From Candidatus Krumholzibacteriota bacterium (GTDB taxonomy: Bacteria; Krumholzibacteriota; Krumholzibacteriia; JAJRXK01): a stretch of DNA of 64,000 nt. The position numbers and the translations under genes were made by a program. Location: NCBI GenBank assembly GCA_963806035.1, contig CAWDWO010000009.1, positions 1 through 64,000 on the forward strand. Direction: 5' to 3'. Shown piece by piece: positions 1 to 8,974 of the stretch. Within the stretch, counting starts at the first letter, position 1. The number at the start of each line of letters is the position of its first letter. The notes under the pieces were generated by a model. That model ran no database searches and was not told the origin of the DNA. It worked only from the letters and a program-made list of their open reading frames with translations.

Positions 1-108
1 ATAGCCGGCTATAATCTCGATAGCGAAAAACAGTCGCAAATGTGCGCGCATTCGCGGCGTCATTTCGCCTGTTTGCTCATGAATCCCACTATTCCCGCGA
101 GATTCTGC

Positions 109-137
109 TTGCGCTCAATCCTAAAGACCACTACTAT
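109..137 (+). promoter_or_regulatory. Putative sigma70 promoter of the HNH gene
   Basis: TTGCGC (109-114), 17-nt spacer, TACTAT (132-137), upstream of GGAGG (200-204) and ATG 211. Confidence 0.5.
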
Positions 138-210
138 GTTTGTATTGCCTCCCCAATGAGACTTCGAGTCCGTGAGCAGCCCGCGCCGGCTCGTTTCGAG
201 GAGGTTCGCC

Positions 211-1785
211 ATGTCCGTTCTTCGCTCTGAGACCCGCCAGTCCAGGCAGCGCCGACAGTGCCAGAATTCGGCGCGCTCTGACCTTGGTCGTCGGCGCGTG
301 GCCACCGAGCCGGAGGCGCGCTCCGCCTCCGGGCATCCGTCCTCGACCGGCAAGTCGGGAGCCGCCCGCGTTCCCAATGCGCTTGCTGCGCATCCCTTTC
401 GGCCGGGACTGGGGGCCGCGCAGGTGGATCGCGAGCTTCGAGCCGCCGTGCGGAGTTGGCAGTCCGCCGAACACTGCGTCGTGCTGTGGTTCGCCGAGTT
501 CAATCAGCGCCGACTCTATAAGAAGCTGGGCTACGGCAGCATCCATCTCTACGCGACCGAGGTTTTGGGATTCTCGCAAGCGCGCTCCTACCAATTTCTC
601 CAGCTCGCCGAACGGCTGCGCAAACTCTCGCTACTGGAAAAGGCCGTGGCTTGCGGCGAACTCGGCTGGACGAAGGCGCAAATCGTCGCGTCCGTAGCAA
701 CCCCGCAGACCGAGCAGCACTGGTTGCAGAGGGCGAAAGCCCTGAGCCGTCGTGAGTTGCAGGACGAGATCGGCGCGGTCCGGCGGCAAACGAGGAGCAC
801 GCTCAGTGCATCCAGCGCTCAGATGCAGCTGGGATCCAAGAAGAAGGCGTCCGTCGCCGCGCGAATAGCGGAAAAATGCTGGGCCAATGCGTCAAGCGAG
901 TCCGTGAATCCGGGCTCGAAGGACAAAGATGAGGTCGGACAAGAGGAGGGGAGCGAACACAGGGAGGGAAGCGGAGGCAAGGAGGGAAGCGGAGGCGACA
1001 CAGCGCTTACGGATCGCGGGCGAGCCGGCGCCGCTCACAAGTCGGAGTTGGATTTCGGAGGTTCCGAGGCCGTGGAGATGCCGCTCAACGTCGGGCTGTC
1101 CTTCACTGCGGAGCAATTCGCCCGCTATGAGGCGCTGGTGGCCAAGCTCCGTCAGCGCGGGCATCGTGCGAAGAAGGCCGAGTTGATTCTCTCCGCTTTG
1201 GAAAACTTGTTGAGCAACTCCGAACTGCGAACCACTCGTAACTCCGCGGGCCGTGAGAAGTCTACGAGCGGTGAGAAGTCCACCAGCAGTGAGAAGTCCG
1301 CGAGTTGCCACAACTCCGAACTGCGAACCACCTGCAAAGGCAAAGGCACTCGTCAGAAGCGCCGGCAGGGCATGGCCGGGCCCACGTATCAGGTCCACAT
1401 TCAACACTGTCCGCGCTGCGAGGCCGCGACGGTCTCCACGAGCAAGGGCGACCGGCGCATCGACCGCGCCACCCTTCAGTCCGCGCTCTGTGATGCCAAG
1501 CTGCATCGCGAAAAGGTGCGCTCGAAGAGACCGCGCACCGTCTCCACCACTCCGCCGCGTTTACGGCGCGAGGTCCTGGAACGCGATCACTTTCGTTGTC
1601 GCATGCCGGGATGTCGCAATCGGCAGTTCTTGCAGGTCCACCACATCGTGGCAAAAGAAGATGGCGGGAAACACCGCGCGGGCAATTTGATTACGCTCTG
1701 TGGAGCGTGTCATCGGGCACTGCATGCGCTGGGAGCGGCACAGCAGCGCAGGGCATTGCAGCGCGCGAGCCGCCAGCTCGAGTGA
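211..1785 (+). CDS. HNH endonuclease with N-terminal DUF222-like helical domain
   Basis: C-terminal HNH motif RD.F.CRMPGC...LQVHHI..KEDGG....NLITLC..CH..H. N-terminal 'GYGSIHLYATEVLG..GELGWTKA' region resembles DUF222/13E12-type proteins. Start moved to ATG 211 behind the GAGGAGG RBS. Confidence 0.8.
   Translation: MSVLRSETRQSRQRRQCQNSARSDLGRRRVATEPEARSASGHPSSTGKSGAARVPNALAAHPFRPGLGAAQVDRELRAAVRSWQSAEHCVVLWFAEFNQRRLYKKLGYGSIHLYATEVLGFSQARSYQFLQLAERLRKLSLLEKAVACGELGWTKAQIVASVATPQTEQHWLQRAKALSRRELQDEIGAVRRQTRSTLSASSAQMQLGSKKKASVAARIAEKCWANASSESVNPGSKDKDEVGQEEGSEHREGSGGKEGSGGDTALTDRGRAGAAHKSELDFGGSEAVEMPLNVGLSFTAEQFARYEALVAKLRQRGHRAKKAELILSALENLLSNSELRTTRNSAGREKSTSGEKSTSSEKSASCHNSELRTTCKGKGTRQKRRQGMAGPTYQVHIQHCPRCEAATVSTSKGDRRIDRATLQSALCDAKLHREKVRSKRPRTVSTTPPRLRREVLERDHFRCRMPGCRNRQFLQVHHIVAKEDGGKHRAGNLITLCGACHRALHALGAAQQRRALQRASRQLE
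945..998 (+). repeat. 3 x 18-bp in-frame tandem repeat (EGSxxx) within the HNH linker
   Basis: ggaggggagcgaacacag / ggagggaagcggaggcaa / ggagggaagcggaggcga. Confidence 0.75.
1215..1331 (+). repeat. 21-bp direct repeat bracketing 3 x 18-bp tandem units within the HNH gene
   Basis: caactccgaactgcgaaccac at 1215-1235 and 1311-1331; gtgagaagtc-led 18-mers at 1253, 1271 and 1289 (EKSTS repeats). Confidence 0.85.
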
Positions 1786-1844
1786 GCGTGTGTCAGGTGC
1801 CGCAACGCTGCCTTCCGTCAGCTCTAGTGCGCGCCGTTCGAGCG

Positions 1845-1900
1845 AGTGCCTGCCGCCCGGGCAAGTGCCTGCCGCCGGGCAAGTGCCTGCCGCCCGGGCG
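1845..1900. repeat. 3 x 18-19-bp intergenic tandem repeat between convergent genes
   Basis: agtgcctgccgcc(c)gggc(a/g) at 1845, 1864 and 1882. Confidence 0.9.
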
Positions 1901-1917
1901 AGACCGAGCTGCCCCAG

Positions 1918-4731
1918 CTAGTTCGAGTCGTCCGTGTCGTCCGTATCGCCGCTGTCGTCCGAGGACTTGTCGGCCTTGGCGTCACCGGCGTCTGCCTTCG
2001 TGCCCCACAGGTGGTTCCAGTAGCTGTCGTCACCTTTGAGCTTCTTGTCGAAGTAGGCCACGATGGTGCGGCTCCACAGCAGACGGCGATCGTAGCGCAG
2101 AATCCAGTGTTGCTCGCCGTCGATGCGGATGAAGTCGACGTCCCTTCCCAGCACCTTGAGCGCGGTGTACAGCTGCTCGCTCTCTCCCGGCGGCACGTTG
2201 TTGTCGATGTCGCCGCACAGTAGCAGAAGCGGGGTGTGGATCTTGTCCGCGTTGAAGAGGCTTCCCTGCTCCACGTAGAACTCGGGTGCGTTCCAGGGAT
2301 ACTTGCCGGCCGTGGCCACCGCACTGTAGAACGCACCCCAGTCACCCTGCCCCCAGTAGGAGCCGATGAAGGAGATCCCGGCGTGGCTCACCGCGGCAGC
2401 ATAGAGATCGCAGTGGCTGACCAGATACATCGTCTCGAAGCCGCCAAAGCTGGCGCCGATGCAGCCCACGCGCTTGGCGTCGACGAAGGGATGCGCGGCG
2501 AGAAACTTCTCGGTGCCTTCGATGATGTCCTGCGCGGAACGCTTGCCCCAGTCGTTGACGTGGCGCGCGCTGAACTCCTGACCGAAACCGGTCGCGCCGC
2601 TGGGTTCGGGGACGTAGATCACGTAGCCGTTGGCGGCCCAGTAGTTCTTGGGATAGCGTCCGCCGAAATCGCGGGTGATGGGCACCGTGCCGCCGTAGTA
2701 GTACACGATGCCGGGCCACTTCTCGGCCCGCTTCGGATCGAAGTTGGGCGGATAGTAGACGCGGCCGATAATGGTGGTGCCGTCGCTGGCGGTGAAGTTC
2801 CAGTCCTCGACCTTGCCCAGCTCGACGCGGTCGAAGCGCGCGCCGTTGGGGTCGGCCAGCAGACGGGGCTTGGCCTTCGTCTTGGCATCCTGTACGAAGA
2901 TTCTTTTGTGCTGGTTGGAAGACTCCGCGACATAGGCCAGAGTCGAACCATCGTGGCTCATCGCGAGACGGCTGGCCACCGCACCCGCGCAATTCAGTTT
3001 GGCGATCTCCCCGCTCCTGGCATCCATGCGATAGAGCAGGTCGCGATCGGCCGTGGTCGCGATGAAGTACACGGCATTGTCCTTCTTGGACCATTCGAAC
3101 GACCCCAGCGCGGGATCGAACTCGCGCGTGAGCGCGGTCACTTTGCCGCTGGCGCGATCCATCGAGTAGAGCTGGTAGTCATAGTCGTTGGGGATGACTC
3201 CCTCCGGCAGATTCACCCCGATGCTTCCGAAGGCGTCGGGGCCGCCCTCCACCACGATGCTCTTGCCGTCGGGCGCGTAACTCGCGCTACCGGTCCACTT
3301 GCTCTCGAACACTTTCTTGCACTGCAGGGTCTCGAGGTCGACTTCGTAGTATTCCTGCACGCTGAAGGGGCGCTCGGTGGTTCCGAAGATTTCGCGCGAG
3401 AAAAGCAGGGTGGAGGAATCCGGGCTGATGTCCTGCAAGCTCGTCGCCTCCGCCCCCGCGGTGAGCCGGTGGCTCGCCCCCGCCGGGTACGACGCCAGGT
3501 ACAGATAGCTGCGGTCGCGATAGGTGGCCCAGCGGTCAGCGAGATTTTCGTAGTGCTTGAACTCCTTGTGCTTGCGCTCCTCCTTGTGGCTCACGGTGTA
3601 CACCACCGCGCTGGCGTCCGGAAGCCAGCGGTACGAACCGAAGTGTTCCACGTCCTTCAGAACGCTCTCGGTGGGACTGCCGTCGAGATCAGCCACCCAC
3701 AGCGTGGTCTTCTTGTCGTCCTTGGTGGTGAAGCTGTAGCGGTGTCCCGCTCCCGGGACCCAGGCGAAGCTGGAGGGTCCGTCGTCGCCTTCGAAAGAAC
3801 GCACCAGGTTTCCATCCTTGGTGCGCCGAATCTCGTACCAGCTCTTGCGATCGTCACGGGGCACACCCGGCGAACTCAGCTTGTAGGCCAGAAGCTCGCC
3901 GTCGTTGGAGAGCTGCAGCCCGCTGATGGAGCGCGCGTCCAACAGCTCCTTGACTTCGAGCTCGTGCCGCGGCGAAAGATCCACTGCGACATTTACGCTC
4001 GCATCCGGCGCGGCCATCTTCACCTTGGCCGCCAGGGTCCATTCCTTGGCCCCCATCGGGTCATGCACTGCGCGCACGATGACGCAGTGCTTGCCACGTA
4101 GTAATTTCAGATCAACGGTCGCCGGATCCTTGTCCGTCTTGTCCTTCAGCTTCTCGCCATCGAGATAGACCTGCAGAGGATGTTGGCTGTCGAGCACGAG
4201 CTTCGCGTCGCTGTAACGATCGACGCTCAAGTAGAAGGCGGCCAGACACTGCACGGGAGGAGCCATCGCTGCTCCCTCACCGGACTTCGCGGAGGATTCC
4301 GCGCGGGAACTCGCTGAGGATTGCCCATTCGAAGCGGCGGAAGCCCGAGCGGCGTCCGACAAGAGAGAGGAAAGATCGAGCGTACCGTCGGCAGCCTTGC
4401 CCTCCTGCCATTTGACCTCTTCACGCGGCCAACTCCAGCTCGCGCCGGCGGCGGGATAGACTTCTTCCACCTCTATGGCATCCTGAGAGAGCAGGTCCTT
4501 CAGCTCGATCTCGTGTCCCGCCTCGTTGGCGAGCGCCGGCAGGGGCAGCGCCGAAGCCGGGGTCGTAAGCCACGCGCTCACCGGAATCTCTCGGCCCTCC
4601 GCTTCCTCGGCGGCAGCCGCCGGGTGCGCGGCGGCCAGACACAACGCCGAAATGACTAAGAACAAAGCCCAACACTTCACGGCGGGGAATCGAATCGCGG
4701 TGGAAGAAGAAAATTTACGGCGCAAACGCAT
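1918..4731 (-). CDS. S9 family (prolyl oligopeptidase/acylaminoacyl) peptidase, secreted
   Basis: Signal peptide, beta-propeller repeats, GASFGG nucleophile motif, D(NNVP) and H(WIL) triad residues. Confidence 0.9.
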   Translation of the reverse strand: MRLRRKFSSSTAIRFPAVKCWALFLVISALCLAAAHPAAAAEEAEGREIPVSAWLTTPASALPLPALANEAGHEIELKDLLSQDAIEVEEVYPAAGASWSWPREEVKWQEGKAADGTLDLSSLLSDAARASAASNGQSSASSRAESSAKSGEGAAMAPPVQCLAAFYLSVDRYSDAKLVLDSQHPLQVYLDGEKLKDKTDKDPATVDLKLLRGKHCVIVRAVHDPMGAKEWTLAAKVKMAAPDASVNVAVDLSPRHELEVKELLDARSISGLQLSNDGELLAYKLSSPGVPRDDRKSWYEIRRTKDGNLVRSFEGDDGPSSFAWVPGAGHRYSFTTKDDKKTTLWVADLDGSPTESVLKDVEHFGSYRWLPDASAVVYTVSHKEERKHKEFKHYENLADRWATYRDRSYLYLASYPAGASHRLTAGAEATSLQDISPDSSTLLFSREIFGTTERPFSVQEYYEVDLETLQCKKVFESKWTGSASYAPDGKSIVVEGGPDAFGSIGVNLPEGVIPNDYDYQLYSMDRASGKVTALTREFDPALGSFEWSKKDNAVYFIATTADRDLLYRMDARSGEIAKLNCAGAVASRLAMSHDGSTLAYVAESSNQHKRIFVQDAKTKAKPRLLADPNGARFDRVELGKVEDWNFTASDGTTIIGRVYYPPNFDPKRAEKWPGIVYYYGGTVPITRDFGGRYPKNYWAANGYVIYVPEPSGATGFGQEFSARHVNDWGKRSAQDIIEGTEKFLAAHPFVDAKRVGCIGASFGGFETMYLVSHCDLYAAAVSHAGISFIGSYWGQGDWGAFYSAVATAGKYPWNAPEFYVEQGSLFNADKIHTPLLLLCGDIDNNVPPGESEQLYTALKVLGRDVDFIRIDGEQHWILRYDRRLLWSRTIVAYFDKKLKGDDSYWNHLWGTKADAGDAKADKSSDDSGDTDDTDDSN

Positions 4732-4748
4732 CTCGTTCCTTTCGCAGA

Positions 4749-5333
4749 CTACTCTGAGTCGTCCTTCAAGCGCGGTTTGGGAACTCTCAGCCCCTGGTTT
4801 TCCAGCTGGGCCTGGCGCATGGCCACCATGCCCTGCAGTACGGTTTCTCGCTCGAGCGTCGAATCGATTTGGGGGTCGTAAACTTCAAAGCCCGTCCAGC
4901 CCTGCATCATGAACACGATCGCGAAGACCTGAGGGCCGCGAGCCTTGATCCAGAAACGCGGAATCGAGATCTCGATGCTGCGCATGAGGTCCGCGGCAGA
5001 TTCGTCCGCGTGGCCTGGCGAGCCGGTTTCCGTGGACAAGCCTGGTTCCGTGGACGAGCCTGGTTCCGTGGACAAGCCTGGTTCCGTGGACGAGCCTGTT
5101 TCCGTGGACGAGCGATCCGGGGCGGCGGCCCCTTGTCCGGCATGGCCAACATCTCCGGCCGCCAGCTGAATCGTCATCACGCCGTGCTCGTCCTCTTCCC
5201 CGAAGTGGTGCAGGCGCTCGTCCTGGGCGGAGATGCCCGGCACCGCTCTCAGTTTTTCGCGCACCGGTGCGCACTCGAGCTCTTGATTCTGAGCCTCGCG
5301 CGGCCTGAGTAGAATGCGATAGTCTGGTTTCAT
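4749..5333 (-). CDS. Hypothetical protein with internal STE(P/T)G repeats
   Basis: 194-aa ORF 17 bp upstream of the S9 gene on the same strand; plausible globular N- and C-terminal parts. Confidence 0.65.
   Translation of the reverse strand: MKPDYRILLRPREAQNQELECAPVREKLRAVPGISAQDERLHHFGEEDEHGVMTIQLAAGDVGHAGQGAAAPDRSSTETGSSTEPGLSTEPGSSTEPGLSTETGSPGHADESAADLMRSIEISIPRFWIKARGPQVFAIVFMMQGWTGFEVYDPQIDSTLERETVLQGMVAMRQAQLENQGLRVPKPRLKDDSE
5021..5113 (-). repeat. 5 x 18-bp in-frame tandem repeat
   Basis: agcc(t/g)g(g/t)ttccgtggac(a/g) at 5021, 5039, 5057, 5075 and 5093. Confidence 0.95.
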
Positions 5334-5364
5334 AGCATGCTCAGATGCGAGAGATCTGGGCTCA

Positions 5365-5470
5365 GCGGCGCCAAGATCGCGCGTGGCGCCAAGGCCTCCC
5401 GTGGCGCCAGGCTCACCCGTGGCGCCAAGGCCCCCGTGGCGCCAAGGCCTCCCGTGGTGCCGGCGCCTCG
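5365..5470. repeat. 5-6 x ~18-bp degenerate intergenic tandem repeat
   Basis: gtggcgccaaggcctccc-like units at 5365, 5383, 5401, 5419, 5436 and 5454. Confidence 0.85.
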
Positions 5471-5474
5471 CCCC

Positions 5475-7511
5475 TCATTTCAAAATGACGAGTTTCCCGG
5501 TTTGGGTCTCGCCGGTGTCGAGATTCTCGACCGCGTACACGTAGAGACCCGGGGCGAGCGCGCGGGTGTTTTCGCTCAGCATGTCCCAGGCGACCTGTCC
5601 GGTGGAAGCGTCGTCGCGCTGCAGCTTGTCCACCAGCGTGCCGCTGATGTTGTAGATGGAGATGATCGCGCGCGCGGGAACGTTGGTGAAGTAGATCTTC
5701 CTGCCCAGCTCCGCCGGCTCACCGGTGGGCCGCCGCGCATCGAAGAGCGAGCTGCCGCGGTAGGGATTGGGATAGACGCCCACCGTGTTGGGATTGGACG
5801 CGCCTCCGGGCGCGGAACCGGGCGTGACCAGAATCGAATTCTCGTTGAATCCGCTCTCGAGCTCCTCCAGGCCCTGCCTCGGGCGCCGATTCGAATAGGA
5901 AGTCACGGAATACCAGTACTTGAAACCGTCGCGCACGCCGCGGTCGATGAACTCGCGCTTGCCGTCGGCGGTCATGTGCGGCAGTCCGAGATTGTAGCCC
6001 CAGGTGTCGGGCGTCCCGTCGGGCCAGGTCACGCGATCGAACTCCGCGATCAACGAGGCCTGCTTGAAGGGATCGCCAGTGATTTCCGCCCCGTCGATGC
6101 GGTAGACGCGATAACCCTGAAAGTCGTAGTCGCCGGTGAATTCACTGCGATGGTATTCGGGCGAGGCGGTGGTGGGATCGTAGGTATCCGTGGGTTCGGT
6201 CCCGGGATCCCAACGCAAAATGACTTCGTTATCCTTGGTGCTCACTTCCAGAATGGGACTGGGTGGACCCGAGGGAAGTTGGAAGCCGGCGTCGAAAGTG
6301 CTCTGGGCAACCTGGCTGTTGTTCACCATCGAAGCGGAATCGGGACCGGCCACCATTGCGATGGTGAAGTGCGCCTGGTCTCCGGGCAGCAAGAGGTCCC
6401 AGGGGCCCACGGCCAGCATCGAGGTCCAGTTCCCGTTGGCGTTGAAGTTGTTCCCCTGACCGTCGTCTCCGCGGTCGATCTTTCCCGAGGCCATGAACTC
6501 GTACTTGCCTTTGTCCAGGCGGCGGCGCGCGTCGTTGAAGCGCCATTGCCGGTACGAGAGGGTAGGTCGCACCCCGTCATAGCCCAAAATGCGGCAGCCG
6601 GCCCAGGACTCGGCCTTGCCATTTTCTCCGTCGGCGTCGTGGCACCACATGATGCGCGCATCGGGATCGCTGCCGTAATCACCCGGCGCGATGAATCCGT
6701 TGCGATCGTCGTAGAAGTTCCAGCCGTTGGTCTCGTCGCCGGGGATGGTGACGGTCGTGTTCCCCACGCTCAGCTCGTTGTACCAGCCGATGTAGACCTG
6801 ACTCAGTTCCTGATCGCTCACGTTCTCTACCGTGAAATCGATGATGACGAAGTCGTCGGCGTAGGGCGGCGCGTAGGCCAGGACTTTGGTGTCGACCCTC
6901 AGTCCCATCGCGATGTGCGGGTCGTCGTTGCTCGAATCGCCCGGACCCAGTTCGTCATAGATGGAGAAGTCGAATTCCTGATCGGCTAGTGCCGAGGTGG
7001 AGAAGTTGGGGCTGAGCGGATTGGTGGAGAGTAGCTTGATGCCGTCTTGGGGGCGCGGACCGTATTCCTGCGTGGGCGAAGATTGCCCCGAACTCGTGTC
7101 ATCCGCTCCGGCCGAAACCAGCGAGTCGCCCTCGGCGGTGATCGCGCCCACCCAGATTCCCCCCACGAACATGTGCTCCACGTTGGAGTTCAGAGGGTAT
7201 TCGAAACTTGGCGAGGCCAGGGTGGGGTTGAGCAGGTTTCCAAAGTAGCCCACGTTGGTCACGTTGAGCCCCACCGCGCCCACGTTAGTATAGACCGAGG
7301 TCGCGGTGCGTTTGAGCGCGAGGGGATCGGCTTTCCAGTCGCCCGGTCCCGCCAGCGCCGAACCCAACGCGAGAACACTCACGAGGCAGAGACACGCGAG
7401 CACTTGCCACGCGGCGCACACCAGCGCGCGGCGCGAGGGATCGAGAGCTCTGAGGACTTGGGCAAACTTGCAGAGCACGGGGAAGCGAATCGTCAATGTC
7501 CGGCGCGGCAT
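5475..7511 (-). CDS. Secreted protein with a T9SS-type-A-like C-terminal sorting domain
   Basis: Hydrophobic signal ending ALA-G; FN3-like 'VILRWDP..DFQGYRVYR..YWYSVTSY'; C-terminus 'VYPNPY...ISIYNISGTLV...PGLYVY...GKLVILK'. Confidence 0.8.
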   Translation of the reverse strand: MPRRTLTIRFPVLCKFAQVLRALDPSRRALVCAAWQVLACLCLVSVLALGSALAGPGDWKADPLALKRTATSVYTNVGAVGLNVTNVGYFGNLLNPTLASPSFEYPLNSNVEHMFVGGIWVGAITAEGDSLVSAGADDTSSGQSSPTQEYGPRPQDGIKLLSTNPLSPNFSTSALADQEFDFSIYDELGPGDSSNDDPHIAMGLRVDTKVLAYAPPYADDFVIIDFTVENVSDQELSQVYIGWYNELSVGNTTVTIPGDETNGWNFYDDRNGFIAPGDYGSDPDARIMWCHDADGENGKAESWAGCRILGYDGVRPTLSYRQWRFNDARRRLDKGKYEFMASGKIDRGDDGQGNNFNANGNWTSMLAVGPWDLLLPGDQAHFTIAMVAGPDSASMVNNSQVAQSTFDAGFQLPSGPPSPILEVSTKDNEVILRWDPGTEPTDTYDPTTASPEYHRSEFTGDYDFQGYRVYRIDGAEITGDPFKQASLIAEFDRVTWPDGTPDTWGYNLGLPHMTADGKREFIDRGVRDGFKYWYSVTSYSNRRPRQGLEELESGFNENSILVTPGSAPGGASNPNTVGVYPNPYRGSSLFDARRPTGEPAELGRKIYFTNVPARAIISIYNISGTLVDKLQRDDASTGQVAWDMLSENTRALAPGLYVYAVENLDTGETQTGKLVILK

Positions 7512-7577
7512 CTTTTTCCTGGGAAGCGATTGGGGCTCGTTCTAGGCTTCACGAAAGCGTAGTCCTAGCTCGCGCAT

Positions 7578-8891
7578 GTGTCCAGGATCCCTATGCACCG
7601 CCCAGAACGCTTTCGAGGCTCCGTTCTCGGCTCATCGAGCCCGAGCTTCGCTTTGCTCGCACTCTGCGCCTTCTGTTTCCTCTCGCTGGCCGCTTGCCAG
7701 GATCAGGGTGAGGGCGCCGGGTCCGCGAATGCTGGAGCCGGGCACAGCGGGTTCAAGAACGCCACCGCGGGCGAGGTCGCAGACCGCTCTGCCGGGCACG
7801 CCGCAAAGAACTCTTCACACATTCACCTCGATTTCGACTTTGGTGCGCGGCAGCTGCTGGTCTTCCACCACGAGTTGCAGGGCGCGGGCACCGCAAGCGA
7901 CTCGCTCACGGTGTTGCTGGCCGGCGGCGAAGAGGCCGATCTCGAGGAATTCCGTCTTCTTTTGGCCCGGCAGGCCGGAATCGGCCCGCCCTTGCAAGTC
8001 TTTGAAGCGCAACGGCTCGACTTTCTCGCCCACGATCTGGGCCGGCGACTTTTGGGGCCGGTGGAGGCCTTGCTCGAGGATTCCCCGCGCTGGGTCGTGA
8101 GCCCCTTGAGCGCGGCGCCCCTCGAAGCGCTCGTCCTTCCCTGGGGCGACGGCGATACGCTCCTGTTGCAAAGGGTCGTCGTGAGCTATACCGCCCGGGC
8201 CGCGGACGGGTCGAAGAGCACCACGCAGTGTCCCCTGGCCGCGAATTCGCGTCAGTCGGCCGGACACTCGGCGGGACACGGGATTTTGGCCCTCATTCCC
8301 TACACCCCCGACCTCACTCCGGTCCAGGACGACCCCGACACACTCCTGTGGACTCTGCGTTCCCAGCTGCGGCGCCTGGATACCATTCCACGCGCCGAGA
8401 CCTCCCCGGGCGAACTCGAAACGGTCCTGGCCGCGGCCACGGGAAGCGAAGGCTACGCGCTCGTTCTCTTGCGGGCGCGACCCGCCGAGGCCGAGCCGCT
8501 CCTTTCCTCTCTCAGCGGAACGAACAGCCTCGTTTGGTGGGTGCGCCCGCCGCACGAGGAGCGCTCGAACGGATATCTGGGGGAAGCGCGCACGCGGGCG
8601 CGCTGCCTGAAGCAGGCACGACGGCTGGTGCGGGGAGGCTATGGTGTGGTCGTGGATCTCTGGCCCCGCGACGATCAAAGCGTGAAGCGGGGAGTGAAGG
8701 TGTGGATTGCGGCCTTGCAATCCGAGGAACCGGTGGCCCTCGCGCTGACCGAGGCCAAACGCGCCATCGCCCGGCGCGACCCCGATCGCCCCGGACTCTG
8801 GGCGGGCTGGATCGCTCTGGGGCCCTGCGATGCCCCGCTGAAGCTCTCGCACCCCGGCCTACTCCAGCGAATCTTCTCTTCCGGGCACTGA
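7578..8891 (+). CDS. CHAT-domain-like lipoprotein (catalytic dyad not seen)
   Basis: Lipobox LAAC; CHAT-like segments 'LGRRLLGPV', 'PLEALV', 'VVVDLWPRDD', 'ALALTEAKRA..PGLWAGWIALG'. Confidence 0.65.
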   Translation: MSRIPMHRPERFRGSVLGSSSPSFALLALCAFCFLSLAACQDQGEGAGSANAGAGHSGFKNATAGEVADRSAGHAAKNSSHIHLDFDFGARQLLVFHHELQGAGTASDSLTVLLAGGEEADLEEFRLLLARQAGIGPPLQVFEAQRLDFLAHDLGRRLLGPVEALLEDSPRWVVSPLSAAPLEALVLPWGDGDTLLLQRVVVSYTARAADGSKSTTQCPLAANSRQSAGHSAGHGILALIPYTPDLTPVQDDPDTLLWTLRSQLRRLDTIPRAETSPGELETVLAAATGSEGYALVLLRARPAEAEPLLSSLSGTNSLVWWVRPPHEERSNGYLGEARTRARCLKQARRLVRGGYGVVVDLWPRDDQSVKRGVKVWIAALQSEEPVALALTEAKRAIARRDPDRPGLWAGWIALGPCDAPLKLSHPGLLQRIFSSGH

Positions 8892-8974
8892 AGGTCCCGC
8901 CGAGCTTTCGTGCACCTTCGGATTTGCTGACGAAGCCGACCCGCAAAGCGCTGGCCGCAGCGGAATGCGCCGCC

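Noticed and set aside
211..1785. IscB/Cas9-like RNA-guided nuclease
   Set aside because: No PLMP or split RuvC motifs are visible; only an HNH domain
5021..5470. Tandem repeats as a possible CRISPR array (also 1845-1900 and 40023-40108)
   Set aside because: Units are adjacent with no unique spacers, they are shorter than CRISPR repeats, and no cas genes are present
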